Assembly (NCBI RefSeq): GCF_004010195.1
Contig: NC_057720.1
Span: 27,094,611-27,158,610, forward strand
DNA from: Chiloscyllium plagiosum
Taxonomy: Eukaryota
Direction of reading: 5' to 3'
DNA length: 64,000 nucleotides
Notes under the pieces: generated by a model
What the model saw: the letters and a program-made list of their open reading frames with translations, nothing else
Database searches by the model: none
Told to the model about the DNA's origin: nothing
In this document: piece by piece, positions 12,690 through 24,075 of the stretch
How positions within the stretch are numbered: the stretch's first letter is position 1
Layout: each line of letters starts with the position of its first letter
Translations under genes and position numbers: made by a program

Positions 12690-12950
12690 TCTTTACCCCT
12701 GCAGAGCACAGAAGATAATTGACTTTCCTTCTAGTGTTGTTTGCTGTCCTATTTATGGGGTCAAACAGCAATGGCCTGTGCTGCTGCCGTACCCAGACTA
12801 GGTGGGTGTAATATAACAGGAAGACATCGTGCCAATACCATTCTCTGTTTTTCTTTTGATAAGGACGTAACCTGTCTCCATATATCAACTTTATCTTCCA
12901 TTGATCAAAGGTACAGTGTCGCAAAACATTGATGAGCCAGGTTTAAGCTA
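12690..12950 (-). pseudogene. Second Harbinger-type Myb/SANT relic (highly decayed)
   Basis: Minus translation ...LVWVRQQ...NRTANNTRRKVNYLLCSAG followed by gtaaag. Resembles the RT..QCRKKVNDL end of the Myb domain at 10600. Confidence 0.4.
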
Positions 12951-13894
12951 TTCTTCTCAAAGATAACTCAAATTGTAATTTTCTGATTGATAAGGAATCT
13001 TAGTTTCTAATCTTGACGTTTGGCCAACTAGCCTCACCTGCCAAGGTAAGACTGGATCCATGCCAGTCAGTGAGATAGAAACCAAGGCATCTTGCTTTGC
13101 TGACAAAGCTTAGTAACTACTCAGTCTTACAGCTCCCTCCACACAACAGTCCCACTGATTTTAGCACCCACTAACCTGCTGTATTACATGGCGGCCAGCT
13201 CAAAGGTGGTTGGGAAGGCAATAGGCAGGACCCCAGGCCTACATGAAATAACCTCCTGCCAAAAATATGTTCAGCTGAGGTCATAAAATTAAAATTAATG
13301 AGCCCCATGGCAATCCAAGAAGTGTGCTAGATAGAGCACACTCTAGACATTACAAATTTGAATTTCAAGTGCCTGTATAAATCAGATGGAATCAACATCC
13401 AGAATCATTGTAATGTGTATCACAGAAAATTATGGTGAAGGGAATCTTGCTGCTTTATTGAACTGAAAGGATGATGGTGAGGGCTATGAGGAAGACGTCC
13501 ATCTCCAATGTAAGAATAATACACTGAAGGAAAGAAAACAAAACAGCCCTCAGCTAGCAGCCAGAGGAACAATTGTATCGAACAGTATCTTCAATAAACA
13601 ACAGCTGCTGCTTTTAAAAACTGGTCACGTTATCTGGCCACTCTTCCTTAGGATCCTTTCAAAACCCCCTAATTGTCAATGATAGCTTTCATAAAATGGA
13701 AGTCTACAATTCTCTTGTCATCATCCACCTCCAACAATTTGCAAGTGTACACAGAACTGAACTTTGATCTCTTTGAGAATACTTTATTTACTTTCTAAGA
13801 CAACAAGCACTACAATGTGCTGAAAAATTAATGTATCTTATCTGCAAATAATTCTTATCGCCTTTAGGGTCAGATAGCTCATTGGATACATGAC

Positions 13895-15535
13895 TAGCAT
13901 AGAAACACAAAACGTTGGAGAAACTGAGCAGGTCTGGCAGCATCTGTGGGGAGACGAATAATGCTAACATTTCAAATCTAAAGACTTTGCTTCAGAAATG
14001 AAGGGGTCAGGAAAACGATATCTTTTTTATGCCATTGACAAAGTGGGAAGTGGAATGACTGAAACAAATGCTGAAGGTGCCCAGAGCAAAACACGAGGTG
14101 AGTAGTAAAGGAGAGATTGGGATGTAAATGGATGTGACTGGCACGTTTGAAGAGGAGAAACTGTATCAGTTCTGCCAAGGATAAAGCCAACAAGACATAA
14201 ACAAAATGTTGGTGCGGTATGTTGGTTGGTAATCAAACAGGAAACCAATGTTCATGGTCTGAAGCTGTCAAATCCAGTGTTGAGTTTGTAAAGCTGTAAA
14301 GTGCCTAAGTGGAGTATGAGGTGCTGTTCCTCCAGCTTGAGTTGAGATTTGCTGGGACACTGGTGCAGAGCTAGTGTAGAAATGTTAGCATGACAGCAAG
14401 CTGCTGTATCGAAACAGCGAGTAGAATCATAGAGTCACAGTGATATACAGCACGGAAACAGACCCTTCGGTCCAACTTGTCCATGCCAACCAGATATCCC
14501 AACCCAATCTTGTCCCACCTTCCAGCACCGACCCATATCTCTCCAAACCCTTCCTATTCATATACCTATCCAAATGCCTTTTAAGTGTTGCAATTGTACC
14601 AGCCTCTACCACTTCCTCTGGCAGCTCATTCCACACAAGCACCACCCTCTGCATGAAAAGATTGCTCTTTAGGTCTCTTTTATATCTTTCCCATGTCACC
14701 CTAAACCTACGTCCTCTAGTTCTGGACTCCGCCACCCCAGGGAAAGGACCTTGTCTATTTATCCTATCCATGATTTTATAAACTTCTATAAGATCACCCC
14801 TCAGTCTCCGCTGCTCCAGGGAAAACAACACTAGCTTATTCAACCTCTTCCTATAGCTCAAACCCTCCAACCCTGGCAACATCCTTGTAAATCCTTTATG
14901 AACTCTTTCAAGTTTCACGACATCCTTCTGATAGGAAGGAGAGCAGAATTGCACACAATATTCCAAAAGTGGTCTAACCAATGTCCTGTACAGCTACGAC
15001 ATGACCTCCCAACTCCTGTACTCAATACTCTGACCAATAAAGGAAAGCATACCAAACGCCTTCTTCACGCTCCTATCTACCTGCGACTCAACTCTTAAGG
15101 AGCTATGAATCTGCACTCCAAGATCTCTTTGTTCAAGTAACTGGAAGGTTGAGGTCATTCCTATGGACGGAGTAGAGATATTTTACAAAATGCTCATCCA
15201 GTCTGCATTTAGTCTCATTGATGTAAAGGAAACTACATTGTGAGCAAGCAAATGCAGTAGACTAGACTGAGAGATGTATGAGTAAACCGCTGCTTCAAAT
15301 ACAAGGTGTGTTTCACATCTTGGATTTTGAGGAGGGAGGAGTTAAAAGGGCAAGTTTTACACCGACTGTGATTGGCATGGGAAGGTGCAATGGGGATTGA
15401 GGCTATGTTCGGAGTGAAAGATAAGGACCACAGTGTCACAGAAGGAGATTGCTGACAGTGAAGGGGAGAGAACGGTATGTTTGGTGATGGCATCCTGCTC
15501 GAGGTGGCAGAAATGGCAGAGGATAGTCCCTATTG
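13895..15535 (-). mobile_element. Older Penelope-like element (GIY-YIG region), split by a CR1 insertion
   Basis: PLE terminus gcaggtctggcagcatctgtgg at ~13930. After the CR1, minus translation gives SRCKTCPF..LKQRFTHTSLSLVYCIC (PLE Cys-rich linker + GIY-YIG start). Confidence 0.75.
14425..15137 (-). mobile_element. CR1 LINE 3' fragment nested in PLE
   Basis: ORF 14427-14981 (VRPLLEYCVQFCSP...RRLRGDLIEVYKIM...WNELPEEVVEAG). Confidence 0.95.
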
Positions 15536-15689
15536 GTAAGATAAATGAAATGCAGTGCAATGCCACCAAAGCAGATTAAATCCCTATATTGGTGCTGTGA
15601 TTCATGGAGGCATGTATCCTCACCCAATCCCAAACTTGAGCAGTATTTACCGTCGGGCTGGACATAACCATTATCCCTACCAGGAATGA

Positions 15690-16335
15690 CACTATTTAGG
15701 AAGTTTAGCATGCTTGCCTTCATTACTCAGACATCTGTGTATCGGAGTTGGGACGTCACGTTGTGGTTGTACAGGACCTTGGTGAGGCCTCTTATGAAAT
15801 ATTGTGTGCAGTTCTAGTTGCCCTGTGATAGGAAGGATATTAAAAAGTAGGAGCGGGTTCATAAAAGTTTTAACAGGCTGTTGCCGAGAATACAGGGCTC
15901 GAGATATAAAAGTAGACTGGAAAGGCTGGGATGTTTTCACTGGAGCATAAAAGATTAAGGAGTGACCTTATTGAGGTTTATAAAATCATGAGGGGCATAG
16001 ATAGGGTGAATGACAAGGGTCTGTTCTCTAGGGCAACGGAGTTCTGAACTCGGCGGAATATTTTTAAGGTGAGAGGAGAAAAATTTCAAAGGACTTGAGG
16101 GGCAACATTTTTATGCAGAGAGTGGTTTGTATGTGGAATAAACTGTCAGAGGAAGTGATAGATGCAGGTAGTGATACAATGTTTAAAAGATATTTGGATA
16201 AATACATAAACAGGAAAGGTTTGGAGGGATATGGGCCAAGCCCAGGCAGGTGGTATTAGTTTAGATTGGGAACATTGTTAGCATGGATTGGTTGGACAAA
16301 AGGGTCTGTTCCCAAGCTCTATGACTCAATGACTT
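15690..16335 (+). mobile_element. CR1 LINE 3' fragment
   Basis: gcatgcttgccttcatt..ttggtgaggcctcttatgaaatattgtgtgcagttc..gtgaccttattgaggtttataaaatcatgagggg..tail ctatgactcaatgact. Confidence 0.9.
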
Positions 16336-17729
16336 CTTATTATCTTAACACCATGGTTATTCTTTGCAGCATGTTACTTACTTGATCTAACTTCTAAATT
16401 ATTGCTTTTACAAGACTTTTCCATTGTAAGGTTAGATTGAGTTGGTGAATAGCTGGAAATTTGCCAAAGTGAAGTATCCTGTCATTTGAGAAACGTTATG
16501 ACACAACAATGCAAATCCTGACAATTAATAATCAGTCCCTATTGTAGTCAATGCAAATGAATGATCAAAATCAATCTAAATTTACAGTTAGCATTTCTGT
16601 TTATTTCAATTCAGTTCCATGGGAACTCAATTAAACATAAAGTGAGCCCAAGTTCAGATATTCATTTGCCAGTTCCTTCAAGACAGGCTAAGTGGACAGT
16701 CGGTGAAATGTATATTGGCCTGTGTTCTCATCTTGAGGAGAGGATTTTGACGATGTCACATTTGTCAAGCTAGTGTGAAAGTGTTGCATCATGCTTTTGA
16801 TCGATAAAATCATCCGATCCTACCCAGGAGTAAAGAATGATTGGCAAGCTAATTAGTAAACCAAAAATCTGAATTCGAGCATTTTGAGCTTCAAGAAAAC
16901 ACCAGTGAATCATGCTACTTCAAATTCAGAGTTGCCTGTTTGTAAGCTCATTTAGCAAGCTGTATGCTTAAAAATAGTACCATTTCTGTTTATACCACTT
17001 TCCACATTCCTGTCTCGGATTGTGACTGTTGTCAGACAGTAGTTGACAAGTGTTAATTATAATGGATGCCCAGTTGTGTACTTCTGCCACAGGGACTAAA
17101 CAAGCCAGTCCACAGCATTGAAATTCTGCTCCAAGAGTATTGTTGGTGTAAGGCATTTTCTGCAGCGTGTGCTGTACATATTTGTGAGGAGGGGTTCCTA
17201 GGTGTTCTACTGCCCGATAACAAATTGATACCACTTGGAACTCAGAAGTCGGGCTGGGATTTCCGGGATAGTGTTTTGAAATGTTAGATAAAGAACCTGC
17301 ACTTCCTTACCTGAGGAAAAGAAGACTTTAGTGCTTTGTTGTTGCCACAATTCTTTAGGAAATTAAGTAAAAATCAAAGAAATTTCAAGGTTTTAGTTAG
17401 AGACCCTGGAGGTGCTATTAAGAGAGGCCCAGACAAAGAGAAGCATCAGTTTTAAATCTGAACACAGTCTTCTCCGCAAGCTGTAGTCAGGGCTGCCTAG
17501 GGCTAAGCAGATTAGTGCACTTTCTGCAGGGAAGAGGTCCCACCAGATGAACAAGAAATTTAACACCTTCAAGGAGTTTTGACAGGTGTTCTTATCGCTA
17601 TACATGGCCTGAAGAACTGTATCAGATACAGGCTTCCCTCCATCTCAGATAGTGGCATTGTTATTTGAGAAACTTTCTTCCTGCACATCTTGGGCCAGAT
17701 TTTCTGAGGACTGGTGATTGTTGTCAGAT

Positions 17730-18030
17730 TAGAGACAAAAACAACTGCAGATGCTGGAATCCAAAGTAATCAGACAGGAGGCTGGAAGAACACAGCAAGC
17801 CAGGAAGCATCAGGAGGTGCAGAATTCAACATTTTGAGTGTAACCCTTCTTCAGGACTGGGGATGGTGTGGAGGGAGCTGCAGGTAAAGCGGGAGGGGAG
17901 GGTGGGGACAGGGTGGTGAAGTGGGGACAGGTGAAGACCGTGAAGAAGGGCTAATGCCCGAAACGTCGATTCTCCTGTTCCCTAGATGCTGCCTGACCTG
18001 CTGCGCTTTTCCAGCAACACATTTCCATTT
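17730..18030. mobile_element. Two PLE-terminal fragments in opposite orientation
   Basis: 17730-17938 is a minus-strand PLE end (ctgcagatgctggaatc..cccttcttcagg). 17941-18025 is plus strand: tgaagaagggctaatgcccgaaacgtcgattctcctg..gatgctgcctgacctgctg. Confidence 0.75.
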
Positions 18031-18499
18031 CTTTTTTATATTGAGAAAGAGCTGCACATTTCTGGCAGGAAATTCTGATCATGACTCCTGCAGAAGTGTG
18101 GAGCTTACCTTAAATCCAACTGTGTGCTCACCATTCAGGACAGTCAATGGATGGCAAACCATGCCCCTTTCTCACAGCAAGCATTGCCATATTCTGTGTT
18201 TTAAATGCCCTGCAGCAGACCAGCCCCTTTTACATTTGCTGTGAAAGGCGAAGTATGTAAGTTTACTGTGAGGTTAGGTGCCAGGTGGGTAGAATGTCAG
18301 GTGGATAAGGTGCCAAATAAGTAGGGTGCAGATACCAGAGTGCCATTGGGTACAGTGCCAGGTAACTGAATAAATGTTTGGAGTAGTGTTTAATGGGTCA
18401 GATGTGTCAGGTCCAGCAGGGAAGTAGAATGTATGTCCAACAAGATGAAGGGTGGTATTAGGTCCCATTTTCAATCCCTGGGGCAGAGAGGGTGTCAGG

Positions 18500-19037
18500 T
18501 TCCACGGAAGGTTAGGGTGGGGACACCAGATCTAGTGGGAGAGGGTTGGTACAGGGTTCTCGGGTGGGGAGAGGGTTGGTACAGCATCATGAGGAGAGGC
18601 GGTTGGTGTAGGATCCTGGGGACAGAGGGTTGGTTCAAGGTCCTCAGGCAGGGAGAGGGTGGGTGCAGGGTCCTGGGGTGGAGAGAGGGCTGACACCGGG
18701 TCCTCGGTGGGGAAAGGGTACAGTGTCCTTGGGAGAGAGAATTGATACAGGGTGCAGAGATGGGGAGAGGGTTGGTACAGGATCTGGGGGAGAGAGGGTT
18801 GGTACAGGGTCCTGGGGTTGGGAGTGGGTTAGTACAGGGTCCTGGGGAGGGAGGGTTGGTACTGGGTCCTCGGGTGGGGAAAGGGCTATACAACGTCCTG
18901 GGGTGTAGAGAGGTGTGGTACAGGGTTCCTGGGGTGGAGACTGGGTTGGTACAGGATCCTGGGGTGGGGAGAGGGTTGGTACAGCATCCTGGGGTGGAGA
19001 CTGGGTTGGTGCAGGGTCCTGGGGGGGAGAGGGTGTT
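18500..19037 (+). repeat. G-rich minisatellite, ~30-33-bp unit, roughly 16-17 degenerate copies
   Basis: Repeated gagagggttggtacagggtcctggggtggg. Confidence 0.9.
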
Positions 19038-19519
19038 TTTGAACTTTAATAGGAGGAAGTGTTGATTCCCAGAGCAAGGGAGAAGATGAGCTGCAGAGAG
19101 AAATGGGCAGTGTGGATGGGCAGTGTTTGTCAGGTCAGGTCGGCAGATGTAAGAGTCTGGGGCAGGGGAAGGCGGGTGTACATGGTGACTGGTGGTAAGC
19201 TGGACAGGTCAATTTAATCGTTACCCAGGGGTTCAACTAGGTTTTTAAATCATCCAGTCTTCCCTGGGAAACTATTAATTTAACTGCAGTAGAACCTCTG
19301 ACTCTTGATTTAAATGGAGAACTTCAGAGTTTTCTAGGCACAGAGAGATTCAGATTTTTCAGTTTCACAGGAAATACCCTCGGAACCTGTTTCATTGGGA
19401 ATTCCGCAGGGACCTGAGCCATAACTCCCATCAATGTTGCAGAAATGACTATCTAGTTATCAGTAAATCCAGCTCCTTAATGCTCTCCCACATTGTAACA
19501 CACACAGATACACACTGTA

Positions 19520-19655
19520 GCGTGGGTTCAATTCCTGCGCTGGCTGAGGTTACCATGAAGGACTCTCCTTCACAACCTCTCTCCTCACCTGAAGCATGTG
19601 ATCCTCAGATTAAACCACAGTCAGTGGTCTCTCCTTCCAAGAGAAAGTAGCCCGT
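19520..19655 (+). mobile_element. tRNA-derived SINE fragment (family also at 47342-47570, minus)
   Basis: gggttcaattcc (B box) ..gctggctgaggttaccatgaagg..tcagattaaaccac matches the reverse complement of 47342-47570. Confidence 0.65.
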
Positions 19656-20043
19656 CTCCATCCCCGACCCCATCCCCCCTTCCTATGTCACCCACTTTCT
19701 AAATCTAGGCTGATGTAAATTACCCACCTGTGGTCTAGGTCACCCTGTAACTCTCATCTCTATCCTTCTGCCAGCACCCACAGCCTCTCCCGGTGCTGCT
19801 GCTGAGCACAAAAATTGCCAGCCTCTTACTGGACCTGCAGTTCTCAGTAGGAAAGTCTTCCATGTCCAGGATTTCACCACTATCTGATCGGCTTGTGGTT
19901 TGTTGGGCCTTCCTGAAAGAGTTTGTACAGGTTCCTCACTGGCCCTCCACATGGCAAACAAGACCTCTGATGACTCAACAAGACTCCACCCTCAGTGTCC
20001 GATTGATTAGCGTTAGACCTTGAAAACCAGTCAATGTTTGATC

Positions 20044-20111
20044 AGCTTTTTATAAGTGCAGGTCAGGGAAGCCAGCAATAGAAATGAGAAACATCAAACT
20101 GGGCCAGCCTC
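20044..20111 (+). repeat. 68-bp direct repeat, copy 1 (copy 2 at 23465-23532)
   Basis: agcttttt[a/g]taagtgcaggtcagggaagccagcaatagaaatgagaaacatcaaactgggccagcctc, 67/68 identical. Confidence 0.97.
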
Positions 20112-20307
20112 CCAGCTAAATCTCCAGTGATTGATCCATTTTAAAAAACTTACCCGAGCCGCAATTCCATGGATTCCAAAGAGGAATACACAGCTGGGAA
20201 ATCTGAATTTGTAGGCTAATATCCTTCCTCCCTTTTTCTCTTCCCTCAAGAAATATTGCTTTGCTCTTATGCATTTTACAAATATTCAGTTTAGCTGGCC
20301 TGTTATG

Positions 20308-20519
20308 TAGAACATAGAACATAGAACATAGAACATAGAACAATACAGCACAGAACAGGCCCTTCGGCCCACGATGTTGTGCCGAACATTTGTCCTAGCT
20401 TAAGCACCCATCCATGTATCTATCCAATTGCCGCTTAAAGGTCACCAAAGATTCTGACTCTGCCACTCCCACAGGCAGTGCATTCCATGCCCCCACCACT
20501 CTCTGGGTAAAGAACCTAC
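20308..20519 (-). mobile_element. Short CR1 3' end with (TAGAACA)n tail
   Basis: Five tagaaca units, then atacagcacagaacaggcccttcggcccac...ccactctctgggtaaagaacc. Confidence 0.85.
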
Positions 20520-21079
20520 GGGGATAAACTGAGAGAGGATAGAAAGGGGAGCGACTGACTGAGCGGGAGATGAAGAGATGTTAGATGAGGGTGAAGTTAG
20601 ATAGATCAGAAGACCGCATTAGAGTTGATCAGTATGCACAGACAGAAGTTAGAAGTTTTATTTAGAATTTCCTCTGGACTGCAAGCCTTTTGTCTAGGCG
20701 CCATATCCTGTGAGCACAATGATGATACTGGCTGTCATCCCAGATCATTTATTTTCAATACTGCCACAGAGTTGTTTATTGACAGCTAAACAGAACCCAT
20801 TAGGCCAATAGATTGGTTTCATGGAGAAAGCTGAATTTCCAAGCGCAGCAGGAAATGATAACTACCCACGATATTGTGTGAGAAGCTGGGCCAGAGAATC
20901 TCAGTGAGAGGGATCACTGACAGAGGGGAAATCATCATCTCAGCTGTGGGTCAAATAATGATTGATAAAGTTTACACACCACTTCCCTAGTTTTGTAATC
21001 CACATTTCAATTTATATAGCTCAGTTTCAGGAGTGCATTTTAAGAACCTTATCTCTTTATACTTTGCATATATTGGTAT

Positions 21080-21773
21080 NNNNNNNNNNNNNNNNNNNNN
21101 NNNNNNNNNNNNNNNNNNNNNNNNNNNNNNNNNNNNNNNNNNNNNNNNNNNNNNNNNNNNNNNNNNNNNNNNNNNNNNNNNNNNNNNNNNNNNNNNNNNN
21201 NNNNNNNNNNNNNNNNNNNNNNNNNNNNNNNNNNNNNNNNNNNNNNNNNNNNNNNNNNNNNNNNNNNNNNNNNNNNNNNNNNNNNNNNNNNNNNNNNNNN
21301 NNNNNNNNNNNNNNNNNNNNNNNNNNNNNNNNNNNNNNNNNNNNNNNNNNNNNNNNNNNNNNNNNNNNNNNNNNNNNNNNNNNNNNNNNNNNNNNNNNNN
21401 NNNNNNNNNNNNNNNNNNNNNNNNNNNNNNNNNNNNNNNNNNNNNNNNNNNNNNNNNNNNNNNNNNNNNNNNNNNNNNNNNNNNNNNNNNNNNNNNNNNN
21501 NNNNNNNNNNNNNNNNNNNNNNNNNNNNNNNNNNNNNNNNNNNNNNNNNNNNNNNNNNNNNNNNNNNNNNNNNNNNNNNNNNNNNNNNNNNNNNNNNNNN
21601 NNNNNNNNNNNNNNNNNNNNNNNNNNNNNNNNNNNNNNNNNNNNNNNNNNNNNNNNNNNNNNNNNNNNNNNNNNNNNNNNNNNNNNNNNNNNNNNNNNNN
21701 NNNNNNNNNNNNNNNNNNNNNNNNNNNNNNNNNNNNNNNNNNNNNNNNNNNNNNNNNNNNNNNNNNNNNNNNN
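21080..21773. other. Assembly gap
   Basis: N run. Confidence 1.
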
Positions 21774-22983
21774 CAAATGCCTTACTAGAATCCATGTACA
21801 CTACATCCACTGCTCTACCCTCTTCCACATGCTTGGTCACCTCCTCGAAGAATTCAATAAGACTTGTAAGGCAAGACCTACCCTTCACAAATCCGTGCTG
21901 GCTGTCCCTAATCAAGCAGTGTCTTTCCAGATACTCATAAATCCTATCCCTCAGTACCCTTTCCATTACTTTGCCTACCACAGACGTAAAACTAACAGGC
22001 CTGTAATTCCCGGGTTTATCCCTATTCCCTTTTTTGAACAGGGGCACAACATTCGCTACACTCCCGTCCCCTGGTACCACCCCCTTTGCCAGTGAAGACG
22101 AGAAGATCATTGCCAGCGGTACTGCAATTTCCTCTCTTGCTTCCCACATAATCCTAGGATATATCCCGTCAGGCCCGGGGGGCTTGTCTATCCTCAAGTT
22201 GTTCAAAATGTCCAACACATCTTCCTTCCTAACAGGTATCTCTTCTAGCTTACCAGTCCATTTCACACTCTCCTCTTCTCCAATACGGTCCCTCTCGTTC
22301 GTAAATACTGAAGAGAAGTACTTGTTCAAGACCTCTCCTATCTCTTCCGACTCAATACACAGTCTCCCACTACTGTCCTTGATCGGCCCTACCCTCGTTC
22401 TCGTCATTCTCAGGTTTCTCACATACGCATAAAATGCCTTGGGGTTATCCTTGATCCTATCCGCCAGAGATTTTTCATGCCCTCTCTTGGCTCTCCTAAT
22501 CCCTTTCTTCAGGTCCCTTCTGGCTATCCTGTATCCCTCCACTGCTCTGTCTGAATCCTGTTTCTTCATCCTTATGTAAGCCTCCTTCTTCCTCTTTACC
22601 AGACATTCAACCTCTCTCGTCAACCAAGGCTCCTTCACACGACCATTTCTTTCCTGCCTGACAGGTACATACATATCAAGGACACGTCGTTTCTGTTCCT
22701 TGAAAAAGTTCCACATTTCCATGACATCCTTCCCTGACAGCCTATGCTCCCAACTTATGTTCCTCAGATCCTGTCTTACAGTATCGTATTTACCCTTCCC
22801 CCAATTGTAAAACCTGCCCTGTTGCACGCACCTATCTCTCTCCATAACCAAGGTGAAAGTCACAGAATTGTGGTCACCATCACCAAAATGTTCACCCACT
22901 AACAAGCCCATCACTTGTCCCGGTTCATTACCGAGTACCAAATCCAAAATGGCCTCCCCTCTGGTCGGGTAATCTACATACTG
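21774..22983 (-). mobile_element. Young CR1 LINE ORF2 (endonuclease end, linker, RT start); open frame ~1.2 kb
   Basis: QYVDYPTRGEAILDLVLGN..GDGDHNSVTF..PGPDGIYPRI..NVVPLFKKG..PGNYRPVS..DSQHGFVKGRSCLTSLIEFF..DVVYMD with no stops up to the gap. Confidence 0.97.
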
Positions 22984-23127
22984 AAGCATCCAGGGAATGC
23001 TTAAAAAGATTTCCAAAGAGTGACTTGCAGATTTCTATCGGCCTTTTTCAAATTTTGTTATATATTAGCCTTGTTCTCAGCGGTTCAATATATACTGTAT
23101 AATAATTTGGAGGTGCCAGTGATGAAG

Positions 23128-23217
23128 GACCACCTGATGACGGAGCAGCGCTTTGAAAGCTAGTGCTTCCAAATAAACCTGTTGGACTTTAACCTGGTGT
23201 TGTGTGATTTTCAACTA
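23128..23217 (+). mobile_element. Short PLE-terminal insert (family 2) starting at a decayed hammerhead
   Basis: cacCTGATGAcggagcagcgctttGAAAGCTAgtg..aaacctgttggactttaacctggtgttgtgtgatttt, homologous to 34217-34302. Confidence 0.8.
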
Positions 23218-23399
23218 TTGTATAATGATCATCCCAAAATCAGTTGGTCGTATATTTAGAGCTGAACCTTCAATAAATCTTAAAGGCATGTTTATTTTCC
23301 CTTGAGATTTCTACTTATGAACAATAATGCCAACACAGAACTATTGCTGGCTACAATCAATTATCCCTTGACCTTATACTCTTGCTTGTGGAAATAAAA

Positions 23400-23710
23400 T
23401 TTGATGAGTTCTGAACCCCACTTCAAGATTTGAGTAAGTAACCCAAGGGAGCCAAGCTCCTCCAAGCTTTTTGTAAGTGCAGGTCAGGGAAGCCAGCAAT
23501 AGAAATGAGAAACATCAAACTGGGCCAGCCTCATGCATCATCAGAAATTTTGCATGATTTGTTCAACTGAGGCCTTGACCAGTGTATGCTAAAGCTTTGG
23601 CATCACTGTTTTAAGAACAGCATGGGTAATGTTTTTACCTGAACTAACACTGCCAAAAATAGATTACCATTTCATTACTGCTTTTAAGATTTTGCTACGT
23701 GAGAATTGGT
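23400..23710 (+). mobile_element. Old Deu-like SINE relic interrupted by the 68-bp copied segment
   Basis: gagttctgaaccccacttcaagatttgag ... gttcaactgaggcc ... gcatcactgttttaagaacagc. Weak similarity to the reverse complement of 6570-6995. Confidence 0.45.
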
Positions 23711-23761
23711 GTGTTATATGTAGCATTTACAGCATATAAACAGGCCACTTGGTAGAACTAA

Positions 23762-24075
23762 TCAATCATAAAATCCCTACTGTGTGGAAACAGGCCCTTT
23801 GGCCCAACAAGTCCACACCAACTCTTCAAAGAGTATCCCATTCAAACCCATTCCTCTATATTTACCCTGACAAATGCACCTAACCGACACATCCCTGAAC
23901 ACTGTGGGCAATTTAGCATGGCCAATTCACCTAACCTGCATGTCTTTGGATTGTGGGAGGAAATCGGAGCACCCGGAGGAAACCCACACAGACACAGGGA
24001 GAATGTGCAAATTCCACACAGACAGTCGCCCTAGGCGGGAATCGAACCCAGGTCCCTGGTGCTGTGAGGCACTGT
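23762..24075 (-). mobile_element. HE1-like shark SINE
   Basis: Minus strand: gcctcacagcaccagggacctgggttcgattccc (B box) ..gtgtggaatttgcacattctccc..aagggcctgtttccacacagtagggattttatgatt. Confidence 0.9.

Noticed and set aside
18433..19077. Gly/Pro-rich ORFs
   Set aside because: Translations of the minisatellite.
19960..20035. CTGATGA ... GAAA as another hammerhead
   Set aside because: No convincing stem II or stem III pairing.
20962..22095. Long ORFs spanning N runs (also around 31.7-32.6, 50.1-51.0 and 57.8-59.2 kb)
   Set aside because: Artefacts of translating through gaps; only the CR1/PLE portions are real.
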